Origin: Laetmonice hystrix
Taxonomy: Eukaryota
Length of the DNA: 64,000 bases
Direction of reading: 5' to 3'
Assembly (NCBI GenBank): GCA_965235115.1
Contig: OZ249446.1
Location: 6,758,001-6,822,000 of the forward strand
This document shows, piece by piece, positions 51,560 to 64,000 of the stretch. Position numbers and translations under genes: made by a program. Below the pieces are notes generated by a model. The model was not told the DNA's origin. It searched no databases and saw only the letters and a program-made list of their open reading frames with translations. How positions within the stretch are numbered: the first letter of the stretch is position 1; each line of letters opens with the position of its first letter.

Positions 51560-54096
51560 GCATAAGTTGCTGATGGGACAATAGTTATGATGCCACATCG
51601 CCAGACTCAGGCCTAGCTGTGGTCCTGGTCGTTATGTTTCCCTATCAACAGTCATATTGAAACATGAGGAGCTTGAGGTGCTTTGAACCCACTGTGTTGT
51701 CCTCTGAATTACATCTATAATAAGTATAGATCATATTATATATATGTCGTTGATAGGACAATAAATATGGTGCCCCATCAACAGACTCAGGCCAGTTATG
51801 GCCTTAAAGTACATTGAAATCAATATCCAATGAACACGAAGTTGGAGCCCGTGCTGCATTGGTCGAGCAGTGAGCAATTTTACTCACTGAATTACTCTGC
51901 GATTAATGTAGTGTTCATCAATGTGACTATTTATGTAAATATGATTGCCTATCATTAGATTATGATGTTTACTTGTGAACAATAACATTAAAACGATAAG
52001 TGCCAGACACACGGGTTGTCCTTTTGACGGCATTCTAAGTAAAAACCTGTCTTAAGTCTGCCTAGGTCAATGATCACAGTTATTCGTACAGTTTGTCCTA
52101 AACGCCGCTTTCCATTTATAGAAAAAGAATAATGCTAGTTTCAGTACCGCCACCCTGATAGAAGAGAAAGAGATGGGAGACGGACATGAGTCAGTTCAGG
52201 AAATGGTTTGAGGGACACCATGCGACCCAGATCATGCGTGGTCAGAGAATGTTTCCGTAGAGTTCACCTCCATTGTTGAGTAGGCTGATTGAAAGGAAGC
52301 GGATAGACCATGACATCGCTGGCGATCAGGATATGAATTGATCCAGACTATGACAGTAATAGCCAGGTTTCGGAAAAGAAATAAGCGAGGGTAAATAACC
52401 ATAGCATAAATTACTCCATGCACGTGGAAAAGTTTAAGTTGGATAGTGTCTAATTACGAACGCTGGCACCGGAAGTAGAGTTAGAAGAGGGAAGCCGATT
52501 AAGAGATGATATGAAAATGTAAAGACTAACGTGAGGAGGATAGTTAGACAGGAGATTCCTTTCCACAAGGGTGCGTAATACAATAAGTGCTTCATAATGA
52601 CAGTTCTTATAAACAGACGTTGATGAAGTGTTCTATGAGGTCCTTTGAGACCCAAGTGTTTGGGCTGGAGAAGAGCAGCTTTGTTTCCGGGAAAGTGGGA
52701 GGCTGCCTCCAGGGAGACGTGTCTCCCGGCAGATGGGCAAGGCAACTCCTGGATCACAGCGGGGGGATTGGCCATCGGTCAATCAAGACAACCGTGCAGC
52801 CTGAAGGAGGCTTACCCCCAGCGTGTTTACGTTGACCGCAGAGTTTGGTGTCCTCATTCCGTTCCAAGGAATAAATCCGACTTAGTAATTATTAAATGGT
52901 AGATTATATTTTGTAATTGAGAGAACAAAGTAGGATTAATTTTCAAAGAACGTAAACAAAACTAGGGAAGGCGCAGGCACATGCCATACTGCACGATTAT
53001 ACACGTATATTACGCTATCCTTTAACACTGAAGTGTACCAGTGTAGACTACTAGAAAATGGCGCTATGTTCCCCGCTGAACTCTTGCCAACCCGTGGTGA
53101 ACAAAGACTCCGGAAGGTTCGGATTAAGAGTGACCCAATCCCTGCAGGTATACTATGATAGTAATGGACGTGTGGCCTTAAAGCTAGGCTTTGGGTGCCC
53201 CTGCCTGGCAGTGGGAAGCAATGTCCTGGACGGCGGTCCGGCCGGAATTACAGATGTATCCGCTAGGGTCGAGAGTGTCCACCTCAGTCGGATCACATTG
53301 TGGCAGTGTATATCCTGGCTGTCATTAGAGACAGTTCTAATTTTAACTCAGACAAATATAGCTGCGCCATGATGGCGGTAACCTGACGATTCGGTACATT
53401 CAGCAATTAATATATTCAGCACAAGGATTCATCCCTTATAAAGTCATGGAGTTGTATTATGTTAAATTGAGGCGACGTCATCGCAAGGTACGGCGCGCAC
53501 CTGTTGGGGTCCTCGCCCGTCCTTATAAGGCCATCTGTCAGTGTCTACCTGCGCTTCCCTCACTGAGCGTTCCTGGAATGACGTCAGTGATAGAGGAGAA
53601 GGGCACCCCCGATGGGGCGGCAGGCGGCAGGAATTTATCGCACTCGGAAACAGATGGGCTTTTAAGGATGGATTTTACATCCTTTCCCGGCTTATGACGT
53701 CAGAGGAGATTCCCAGTGGTACTCTGTCCAAATTGAAGCACCTGCTGCTAAAAGGGGCACTTTAGTGGGTGTCAAAGACGTGTGTTTTGGCGCGAAATGC
53801 GTCTAAATGACGTCTGAATCACCATGTATACAGACAAAAATATTGACTTTATGTGTTTACTACATTCTGCATACTGCATTCTCCGTATTCGTGTTGCTGC
53901 TTCTATGTATAGCTGAAAGTGGATTACGATCGACTGAAAACCTCTCTATAGTCAAGCAAGTAATCCTCTGCATCAAAGATCTCTGTTGTCCTCCCTATAC
54001 TAAAAGAACATGGGCATCATAATTCAGTGGAACTGGCGCCTGTAATAAAATGAACAAAAATGACTGTCAGTAATATTAAAATGTATTCGTACTCAC

Positions 54097-55000
54097 CTGC
54101 CTCACGTCCTGTAGAGCTGTCCGCTGACCGTTTCTCCTAGCATCCACTGTCTCCGGTTGTATGTAAGCACGACAGGTACCTCGTGCCTTTTAGATACAGC
54201 TGGCCGTAATCAAATACTAATTTCGTTGTTTTTTTCGTTGTTGTTTACAAATGTACATTTCTGTAAATGGTTATGGGTCTCAGTTGAACCTGGCATAAAC
54301 AAGACAATGTCTTGGAATTTTTAAAAGGAAGGGGGTCTGTTAACCCCCTTCCAGGATCGGCATTGACAAGTATCCTAGATCTAATGTATACGTTTTATCA
54401 TGTCCTTTTAACCACTGCACATCCAGCCGTACACTTTGCCAGGTTCAACTGAGTATAACCATTTTATGAGTTAGCGCTACTGCTACAAAGACTTACCTTT
54501 GATGCATCGCTCACCGCCGTCACGAGTTGATACCATTGGAGCTCTTGTAGGGTAATCTTGGGAGTCTCAAAGTCGCCCGGGGCCGCACTCGGGGGATTTG
54601 TAGAAGAAGAGCTGGGTCTGCGTGGCTGGGCTATAAAAAGTCTTCCAACTTCACATACAATATCACAGGCTTCTCTCTATCTTCATTCTTAGTGTCTTCA
54701 TCTATAGAATCATTACCTTTTCTTACTTCAGAACCGCCGTATTGTTACTTGTTCCCAAAACTTCATCTTCATCTTCCTTCGATGTGATTTCACTTTAATC
54801 TTATATTCAAATCTTCATTCCAAATCTTCATTCTTAATCTTCACTACCAAATCTTAAATCTTAATCTTCATTCTAATATCTTCAGTCTTCATAACAGCTT
54901 CTTCGTTGACTTCATCTTCATTCACATTGATCTTCATCTAATCATCTTCAGATATTTTCATTCGAAAAATTTCGCGACCCGCCTCCCACTGGCAGACAGG
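54097..55000 (-). pseudogene. Possible decayed spliced gene for a Glu/Asp-rich protein
   Basis: Minus strand: GAAGAT-rich block (54660-54960), fragments KPVILYVKLEDF and ITLQELQWYQLVTAVSDASK ending at AAG|gtaagt (54497), then a candidate exon 54199-54097 ending CAG|gtgagt that contains stops. Confidence 0.3.
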
Positions 55001-56099
55001 GTCTTGTCTTGATATGTATGAAATCCAAACTAGGCCGAAAAAAGCGACGAATTTGATTTTACTTTTCAGTTACTTTCACAGGTCCCTGTCTACCAGTCTC
55101 GGAGACTGCAGATATAACCGCTCTTCCCGCATCAACATGAAAGCTCGTTCTAAACGTATATAAGGCTCAACTATTGAGGTGTAGGAAACGAGATATTTAT
55201 GATTCATGTCTGTCTGCAAGTGTTACTTGTTGAGTGTTGCAAAGGGAGCGAACCCGAGGTCAGTTCTCTCATTACTTACCGCTTTGCTGTGGGGGGAAAG
55301 GACACACAAAGAACCATGTGCTGAAAGCCGGGTACTTGGCTTCACGCACATTGTAACCAAGGAAAATTGCCGATGGTACAAGAGGATTCGCACTGATTTC
55401 GGACATGCATCACGTATCAAATCAGGATCAAGCTGGGGTATATTGGAAGGCAAATTGCCATTCAGGGCGGCTGATCGGTTTAAGCATGCCCCCTAAGCAG
55501 GACCCGCTTGTTAAATAACCCAGCTCCTCGGGCCTTGATAGGCCTGTGTAAGCAAGGAATGTGAGATAACCCAACTCGAGGCAGGAGTCCCCTGCCTACG
55601 GTCAGATGTTTTTAGGGAGATAATAGAATTTTGTTTGGCAATAATTTTCTTTTCATTTATTATATAAAAGCTTTTCTTCTTTGTCTTCTTTGCATAACTG
55701 TGGACCATTGATCCACGCAATGTCTATATACATGAGGTTATTGCATTCCAAATGAATATCACAAGCCTTCCCGGCAAATCATTTGGTTTCTTCTCTTCTT
55801 GGCAAGTCAACTCAGTGACTGCCCGGCTCCGTCCAGAGCGAGGGTGAATGTCTGATCACGGTGAGCACAGCTCGTTAATATCGTTGGCTAGTAATAACCA
55901 TACGGGCGACAATAGTATGTAATACTATTTCCGTTTGAAGTATGTCTTATACGTACACATAAGACAACCTGTTTTACATTATTACTGTCTTTGCCGTGTG
56001 ATATTATACAGTTATAAATACTTTTAAATGTTAGTAGCATTAATGGTGATTTATGATATGTGATTGCTTAGCGTCTTCTGTACCACAGATAGACATTCA

Positions 56100-57390
56100 G
56101 TCAATCTCAGTAAAGTTCACTTTCAGTGGTATTTAATTAAAATTCTTCTTTTCTTTCTTCAAAGCTTCTCTTCACGTAAGAACAGACTTCGTTATCGCGA
56201 ATCTTCAGTCCACTGCACTAGGAAACCGGAAACCGGAAACCGAGCCAGCGAACGCCTTCTGGTGAACACATCGGACTGTGTCTTCAGGCCGCAAACTGCC
56301 AACCTTAGTACGCGTCTTCTTCACCGGCTTCTGCCAGAGCAATCTTCATTTTAAATAGTAGCCAGACTTGGCTACGAACCTTCGACTTCGTGAGGTCTTC
56401 GTTTTTCAGAAAGACTTAGAAGCGTCAGGGTGTTTTCTTCTAATGGTGATTACGACATATTCATGGGTTATGGCGATGAATCTTCGGTCAGCCAGCTGAC
56501 GACGAAATGCGTGATGTATGCGGTTGATGCGAATAATCAACACTCGTCTTCTATGAAGTATCTTCAAATGATTGTGCAATACGAGCACCGAACTCTCTTC
56601 TACACGATACCGAGGGACAATGTCAACTTATGAGTATACTTCATAATCTTCACATACGACCATTATACATCCGGACAAATCTTCTTCAACTGATAAAAGG
56701 CGACGAACGATCTTCATCTTCGAGCACGATATTGTACGACAAACGATCTTCATCTTCGGGCACGATATTGTACGACAGCTATGGCGACGATATTTATATA
56801 CTTCGCGTGACGACATAAAATACCGAGTCTTCTAGATAGCTAATCTTCTAACGGGAAGTCGAATATATATACGAGACGACATAGTCTTCGAGTCTTCGAA
56901 GCACAATGATGTCAATACGCCACGGATGTGGAGACCGAATTACGCAACGCACGAACAGTTCCATGTGTCCATCCACCAGACAATATCGATATGTCGCGAC
57001 GGTTTGGATCACAAAAGATTTGGCACGTTGTCTTCATCTTCTTTAGGGTATCTTCTAGGACGGGGTACTGATATCATTTATCTACGATAGCGGTATCCGC
57101 CGTCTTCCCTGGTATCTGGCCTTAGTTACGATCACTTCGCCAGTCGCTTACTACGCGCTTCATTGACGTTAAGCGGGTTTCCCCGTGGCTTCTCTTCAAA
57201 GTGATGAGGTTGGGGTTCGGTCTTCATCTTCTACGAAAAAACGCTATTTTGACCTTGGTCTTCGTTGTCCTCTCGGGACATAGTGTTCATGAGTATCTTC
57301 GGGCTATTTTCTTTATCTTCGGCGTCACCGTCGATGATTTAAGAAAAAAATCTCACGCATCGCGAATCTTCTCCATCTTCAACCATTATA
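56100..57390 (-). other. Strand-biased GAAGA(T/C)-rich tract immediately downstream of the receptor stop codon
   Basis: About 35 TCTTC on the + strand by manual count in 1.3 kb, mostly ATCTTC/GTCTTC, embedded in otherwise non-periodic sequence; includes one 36-bp tandem duplication near 56706-56778. Confidence 0.8.
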
Positions 57391-57393
57391 CGG

Positions 57394-57867
57394 TTACCTT
57401 TCATTGTCGCTGCTGAGCGCAAGGGTGCCACCATAGTGCATATGATCTGGGATGGTGACGTCATAATGCACAACGTCGCGAGGATTTCTCATCGTGACGT
57501 TTTTCCGGTTAGCAGCCACCCTGCACTCTCCTAGCGCATCAGGGTCCAGTACGTAGTACTGCCGCGGCGCATGTCCGTTGCAGCGCTGGCCGACACGTGG
57601 GAGGGTACCGCACATGTACTGGCCACTCACTGGCGTACGGTGTCTGCGCATGCTCCTGCCAAGGCTTCCGGTAGCGGTACCGAAGCCATACACCAACTTC
57701 TCGTCCCTGTGCCTAGCTCGCGTCCTGTCCAGACACGCATGTATAGTCGGGAATTGGAATTCCTCGACATATGCGTACTCGTTCTCTTCGATTCGACACG
57801 AATCTTGGTACGACAGCAGTGGCTCTGGATAAGCCTGAGGATTGTGTGGGCATTTACACTTCCTCCC
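57394..57867 (-). CDS. CUB-like/sushi-like single-pass receptor, terminal exon (Tyr-rich cytoplasmic tail)
   Basis: Acceptor ctcagcAG|GGG (phase 0); GRKCKC...NEYAYV...QYMCGTLPR...QYYVLDPD...SSDNER stop. Confidence 0.75.
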   Translation of the reverse strand, partial: GRKCKCPHNPQAYPEPLLSYQDSCRIEENEYAYVEEFQFPTIHACLDRTRARHRDEKLVYGFGTATGSLGRSMRRHRTPVSGQYMCGTLPRVGQRCNGHAPRQYYVLDPDALGECRVAANRKNVTMRNPRDVVHYDVTIPDHMHYGGTLALSSDNER

Positions 57868-59059
57868 CTGCTGAGATTGCGGGGATCGAGTGGATGGCCT
57901 CTTTCTCACTGGTGTTACCGTTCTGCTGTACGACCTTTAAAGACAAAATGATAGAGATGGTTAAAAACAAATGGGAAACATTGCAACAGTACAAGAACAA
58001 CATGTGAGAGAGGTCAAATAGATCGGGGGGCAACATGAAGGTAGTGCCACTTTGCAAACGCTTCTGGCTTTTCCTGCCTGGCAAAAGTGTCAAAATGATT
58101 GAAGTTGTCCAAATCTATTGTGAATGTGATGAGTGCCTGAAAGGTTTCCTCGGGCAGCAATCAAATTATGGAGGCACGGTGGTGTTGATGACGTGTCGCG
58201 TCTAATTTGTATGATTCCGGGTTTTTGTTTTCATTATAACATTACGCCAAGTGACATTATACCTTATGTTGTCATTATAACATTATACCAAATGACATTA
58301 GATAAGGTGGGCCATACGTCAAGCATCATTGGATAAAGTGATCAAATTGATAAATAAAATGATAAACTTTGTCGTTTCTTGGTGCAAATTTCCATGCAGC
58401 TACGTTGCTGATGGCAATTTTGAAAAATAAGTTTTGACTGAGTAACGTATAGAGGATTACTATCATTCCAATGACGCGTGATATATTGATCCAGCCGGTA
58501 CTTCAATAAGTTGCCAAAGTGTTTTATGCTACACGACATTATGCCGGCTACTTTCCGCCTTCTTGCTTTTAACATTACTTGATGGTTCTTCGCTTACTCA
58601 GGTAATGGCCTCTAGATAGAGACAAAAAGTGTAAGAACAATATAAACAGTTTTCACGATGGTAACATGATTGTGGTACCTATATCTACATAACACCCATA
58701 GAGACGCATAGAGTACCTACCATCAGGTTGGGATACAGTCACAAAACAACAGCCAGGAATATCACCGGATTTCACGTGTACAGTTTGTGTGAACGCACAA
58801 AAGTCGACGAAACAGGAATACAGAGTTTAACGGAAAGACTTGGAATGTAGTATACGTCACCACGAAAACGAGGCGAGCGAGAGACGGAGGTTATGACGTG
58901 AAAGGAATGTACGTATACAGAGTAACAGTGGTCAGCGGTCGGAAGGAAGGACGAGTTAGAATGGTAGAGGTTTGGACAAGGAATTTTCTATCGTCACGAT
59001 ACAAGATGATCTCAGGCGAGAATACAACACAACCACCACGATATTTTCCTGACGCTTAC

Positions 59060-59195
59060 CTGGTAGAGAGTGGTAGCTGGTCTTTGTTGTTGGACATTGT
59101 TCTTTCCCCAAACTTGGAATGTGATCACGTATGGTGACTCTACGTTATTTGTTGATGGGTACTGGTTCTTGATCATCTTCATTTTCTTACTGGTT
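59060..59195 (-). CDS. Receptor, juxtamembrane cytoplasmic exon
   Basis: ttttccAG|A ... CAG|gtaagc; phase 2 to 0 links the flanking exons exactly; RTSKKMKMIKNQYPS...TTLYQ. Confidence 0.75.
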
Positions 59196-59617
59196 CTGGA
59201 AAATAGGCCAATCGCAAACATCTAGAATTTTGGCCTTTCGTGGGATATCGAATAAGCGCTGCAAGTGTCGATTTCAGGATCAATACCAATACAATTTCCC
59301 TGCATGGCATCGACGATAACGTTAACTTGGATTATCTAAAATTTTGGGGATAGATTTCATCAAATTTAAATTTACTGTATTTTTAAAACAAAACCGGATA
59401 AATACGGTTCGGATGGCGGCACACGGATCAATAGCATATCAACAAAAATTATTTTTGCGATCATCTCGAATGTAAAGTTCCTTCTCAGGGCGTGGCAAAA
59501 TAACGTTGGACGCGCAACCCGACTTCTGAATCGGGTTAAAATGCGGTTGAAATTTGCATCCCCTGTCCTTGAATCTAACCGCTATTGGTATTAGGAAAGA
59601 ACCCTCAGAAAGCTTAC

Positions 59618-59744
59618 CTCCTCAGGCAGAAGACGCCTCCAATGAGTACAACAACACCGACGACCAGGGCGACACCTACAACGATCAGCACGGAGGAGCC
59701 ATGGGGAAGAGTTCCCAGTCTCAGGAGGCTAGGCTCGTCGTTAT
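59618..59744 (-). CDS. Receptor, transmembrane exon
   Basis: ccgacAG|AT ... AG|gtaagc; phase 1 to 2; VLIVVGVALVVGVVVLIGGVFCL followed by RR. Confidence 0.85.
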
Positions 59745-60666
59745 CTGTCGGAGGCAGAAGGAACATACGATCAGTAAAATTAATGTGAACAGTGAGGACC
59801 TAGCATCTCTATTTTTAAAACAGCGCGTTTATAACGTTAATCCCAGCTGATTTTTAAAATGCTTTGGGGGCAGAGGTTCTATAACGGTCGCTTGGTGGCA
59901 TCAGGTTGCAATGTCAAGGAGCTCCTGAGAGTCGAGCCCGACATATTTCATTAGTACTCCCTTCATCCCCAGCGGATCTGATAACTCCACCTACAACCAT
60001 TAAATCTCTCGATGGCAATCCCAATCTTCATCAATTCCCTACCAATCGGATTATAGACTGGCACCTGAAGGCCTTATTCTCGGCTAAGACAGAGTGGACT
60101 GCAAAGCGGATTGGGTAGGCAAATCTCACGAGAATGCGGACAGTGGCAGGTACGTGCGAGATACTCCCAATGGTTCGCCCCTCACTGTTACATCAAGCCC
60201 CGATAGCCTATGATACTCGAAACGACCTCGAAAAGCTCAAGTGACTCAGCTACCTTTTCTATGAACCCGCAGGACCTTATAGAACACTAGAATAAAAAGG
60301 TGACCCCCCTCTAAATGGCTGACTACATTTATTTACATGAACCACCACCAAGACATGAAGAGAGCGTAACCCCATCCATGTAAAGCCCGAAATTATTGGT
60401 AAGTTTCTCATTTTAGGGTTCCTTTAACAAGGTAAGAATAAGGAGGTTGACCCATCAATACATTTATACACAGGAAGTGATTTTATCTGGATTTCATGAA
60501 TGCAGCAAAATATGCTTCTCGTTATAACAGGCTTTTGGGGGCAGGATTACGCTCAAAAAGGTTAAATTACTCCCATTGGTGTAATTTATTCCTAAGTGGA
60601 AACACATGCCCTTACTAATGCGACATTTTGTGGGTGGGGGAGGGGGTTATTGTGAAGGTAACTTAC

Positions 60667-60822
60667 CGATGCTGCAGTTGCCCTTAGGTCCGACCCATTC
60701 TCCGCCCTGGCAGGTCACTCTCCAGGCACGCTCGGGGTCATCGACACAGCCCAAGGTCATCATGTTACCCTCACGCTCGGCCCAGCCACCCTCGGGGGGA
60801 GTCAGATCGGCACATCCAACGG
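60667..60822 (-). CDS. Receptor, sushi/CCP-like exon
   Basis: gttacAG|CC ... G|gtaagt; phase 1-1; VGCADLTPPEGGWAEREGNMMTLGCVDDPERAWRVTCQGGEWVGPKGNCS (4 Cys, conserved Trp). Confidence 0.85.
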
Positions 60823-63461
60823 CTGTAACGATAAATAGGTAAACCATGCCATGAATATCGCATTGGTGTCCATCAACAACAATGATTTCATCCAACAGAA
60901 GTGATTGCCCTGTGGGACCAATTCAGACTTTTTCACGGTATACTCGTCAAACTGGAGCGCAAACCTTCACTGCTTCCAGACGCTGAGAATCCAGCATTTC
61001 TCTATCCTGAGTAACCTTCTTTTATATCTTCATTGTAAAAGAGATTGTTTTTCTCTTCTTTTTTTGGAGGGGGGCAGGTAAACCATATTATGAGGGGAAT
61101 TAGTGAAGAATGGGATTAGCGTTACCGTGGTAAGATTATGATCAGTAGGACAGTATACCCTTGTGAAAGTTTGCATTAATCCCTAGTTCGGCACGTGCAC
61201 ACCACGTGGTGAAACCAATTCACTGAGAATGACCCAAACGAGACAGTAGGCAAACTGGCAGGCCTGTGGTTCTTTAAACCTGATAAAACACAGCCATCTG
61301 AGTGTTCCTCATATAGAATGGCGTACTGGTACCGTACTTGGACCAGGCAAAGGCCAGTCGGCCAATATTGTACGTGTATAGTGATTGTAGGCGCCATCTC
61401 GATCCGTGGTTCTTGTCCTGACATGTGCCCCAAACACTATCAGGTACACATGGATCGATATATTGAGATTAAAACATGTATGTAAGGTCTACTGACTGTC
61501 AAAATAGACATCATCCAGCGCCACTGTATTAAGAGCAATCTAGATAAAGATGATGGGGGAAACTGGTTACTTTCAATCATGCCACTGAGACAATTTCTCG
61601 ACAAGGGAATGCCTATGTTATATCTCCAACGAGGCCCGATTGATTTTAATTATTCTTAAGATAATCCCTTATAAAGCCACTAAAATAAGATGATTGCTTT
61701 CTGATGGCTGTATCCCACTAATGAAGTCATTTTGATTTTGACCATTTGTAGGGAAATATGATCAACCCTGGTGACCATCCAGTGTTTGATATTTTTTTCA
61801 AATTTGCCCAGCACAATTTTTCCTTAGCAAACTTCGGCCCATCATGGAATTGCTCCCTCAGTCTGACACGTAACACTGACCAAGGCTGGCCAGAGACAAT
61901 GCCAGCAGGATAATCCATTATCAGATTGCATTCAGTTTTGCCGCATGTTAACTTCTGTGTGACCTTGCATTTCCTCTCTCAGTGGTATGTGTACTATTGG
62001 GTGCGCTACCAGTATAAATTGAAAATGAAAATTTAGATTGAATCCGAAACTGAAACACTAGAGTCTTGTCTAGATTTAAGGGCAATTCCACGAACAATAT
62101 CATTGACACCGGAATGAATGTGCCCTGGACAGTTTCTGTGTGCCTTCATCCATATCTATATGTAGGAAACGATTTAGTCGGAGAAAAGGCGATATTCAGG
62201 AGAGTCGAATATTGCTGGAATGGGAATTAAGATAAAAATATTTGCCGAAACATGAGCCAAAATATGTCTCAAATACATTATGTATTTGCCAGGTTGGAAA
62301 TGCTCGTTTCTGATACCCGCAGTGTTTGGTTCCGAAATGCGATCAGTTTCTAGTTGGATTACGTCAATACTACTAATCTAAACAATTAAAAGGATAAACA
62401 CTTGACACCTGTTCTATTTAGATAACTGAAAGTTATGTTTAGACTGTCATCTTTGACATTTCCGAAACCTGCATCGGTGAATTGGTTGTTTCTATCTTAA
62501 GAAAATCCGTCATTAAATTGGTCCATTCGGGCATCACAAACATCGCACAAACAACTCCTACATCGCCTGTGTCAGCTTTATATAACTTAATGTGGATAAA
62601 ATTAAACTCTGTTCAAATGAGTTACAGAGGGGCATTGCCGGGTTTGCGGAAAGATTGTCTCCCCGAACACCTCAAGCTTGCAAGTGCAGCATCCACTTTA
62701 CAATGGCACGCTCTCGGCACTCTGTCTGATTAACATTCGTGCCAGTGGCAGAGGCAGACGTGCACATGTTTGCGACCGCTTCCATAGGAGGACTCGATGA
62801 AATAGTGCACATTGAATATCTTCCAATAGCACAAATGACAAAGAAGCCATGTGCAAACAACTGCTAGTGCCCGCGCTGTGGGTAAATACACAGCTGTCGG
62901 GCTATGCTCTGTTCAGGAGTAAAAGCCTCTGGAACATCTGAATTGTTCCATGAACACACTACGGAGTTTCCTATATTGATTTGTCCCCATGTCCATTTGG
63001 CAATAGAATAATAACAATAACCCTATTGATTCCTTTCTAAACGGAAGAAAATTTCTTTCAGATACTTCAGATATTTCTGTGATATTGATCTAAGATATCA
63101 TGGCAAGACATTTTCCAATCGCTGAATTATATATGTAGCCGGATGGTAAAACCTGATACCACCGGTGATCGTCGCACCTGCCAGCCAAGTCTAGAGACCG
63201 TAATGCGAGACTATGGCTTAGAATAACCAAACACGCAGTCCATCAAGGCCATGATCCATTTGTCTCTTGCAGAAAGTTATTCCTAAATAATGCTCCATTT
63301 TTACTCAAGTCTCATGCTATCAATTTCCTTGCTGCATCATGCGAGATTTCTAACAATATTATCTTTTGATTCATCTTCTTACACAAACAGCAGAAGGATC
63401 GGATAGTGGATCAGGGCCTTCATGGTCTGAGATACTATGATGCGTGATGTTTAACACTTAC

Positions 63462-63636
63462 GTTCGTAGTGCATGAGGTAATGACGCTTGACGCGCTTGG
63501 CGTTGATAAGGCGGACCTCCACGATGTTGGAGGTAGAGAGGTAGACAGGGGATTCTCTGTGCTGTCCGCCGCACACTGTGATGCTACGTGTGGCTTCACG
63601 CTCCTGTAAAACACAAACCGTACCGTCACTAGATGC
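63462..63636 (-). CDS. Receptor, CUB-like domain exon
   Basis: catgcAG|GCA ... C|gtaagt; phase 0 to 1; TVCGGQHRESPVYLSTSNIVEVRL...YLMHYE resembles a CUB C-terminal half. Confidence 0.8.
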
Positions 63637-63954
63637 CTGCATGCTTCTCTCAGTCCCCAGCACTCAACAACTCATGTCACATGTCATTACTTTTTGTTCA
63701 TCCCATTAGAGATAATCATTGTAAAATACTACATGGAATCATGTTACTATGTTGCACCCGGTGGCATTATTTTCATATTATTTAGTCTTTACGATCGGTG
63801 CCCCATTTTCTCCCCACGACTCCCCAGATATAATGATTCCTCCTTAGATAATCCCCCTTCACCAGGATAGCTTACTCTAGCCTTACGCTGCAGTAACCCC
63901 AAGAATATTTAATATATTTCGAACCATCATCATTCCAATGAAATTATATCTTAC

Positions 63955-64000
63955 CTTGATGATGGCATAGACATGGCAGTGCTGTTTGGATGGGAAGTTG
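63955..64000 (-). CDS. Receptor, upstream exon truncated by the window edge
   Basis: NFPSKQHCHVYAIIK|gtaaga, phase 0 matches the next exon. Confidence 0.6.

Larger units (their letters stand above)
50600..51795 (+). repeat. Dispersed ~125-bp direct repeats (about 50600-50725 and 51572-51697, partial third copy about 51752-51795)
   Basis: gatgggacaata.ttatgatgcc.cat..ccagactcaggcct...tgtggtcctggtcgttatgtttccctatcaa recurs. Confidence 0.8.

Noticed and set aside
48434-51581. Poly-Leu ORFs at 48434-48619 and 51327-51581
   Set aside because: Translations of (AAT)n microsatellites.
57394-57420. Receptor tail as ligand for the neighbouring CARD-PDZ protein
   Set aside because: C-terminus SSDNER lacks the terminal hydrophobic residue of PDZ-binding motifs.
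61600-63420. Cys/His-rich minus-strand fragments in receptor introns (possible RING or decayed element)
   Set aside because: Stops in all frames, no complete motif, and the receptor exons join in phase without them.

Overview
Eukaryotic (invertebrate animal, probably lophotrochozoan; inferred from spliceosomal GT-AG introns, SINE tails and the receptor family) genomic DNA, with no prokaryotic features. Four protein-coding genes are supported. (1) An intronless 415-aa protein with an N-terminal acylation motif, beta-propeller-like repeats and a SOCS box (3381-4628, +). (2) A three-exon, 200-aa CARD-like + PDZ protein missed by the ORF track (8180-9738, +). (3) A ~1260-aa protein with a coding 69-bp minisatellite and 12 C2H2 zinc fingers (12734-17845, +). 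(4) The 3' part of a single-pass CUB-like/sushi-like receptor with a Tyr-rich tail (64000 to 57394, -). The centre (~22.8-41 kb) is an ~18-kb array of about 42 diverged ~420-bp monomers. It has two higher-order repeat domains (2055 and 1295 bp), conserved tri-loop palindromes, an internal 584-bp insertion and diverged edges; array and flanks carry fragments resembling decayed LRR-coding sequence. Also present: a DNA transposon derivative with 4-bp TSD, MITEs, SINE copies, a fold-back element, mini/microsatellites and a strongly strand-biased GAAGAY-rich tract at 54.6-57.4 kb. Family calls come from motif recognition by eye, not database searches.
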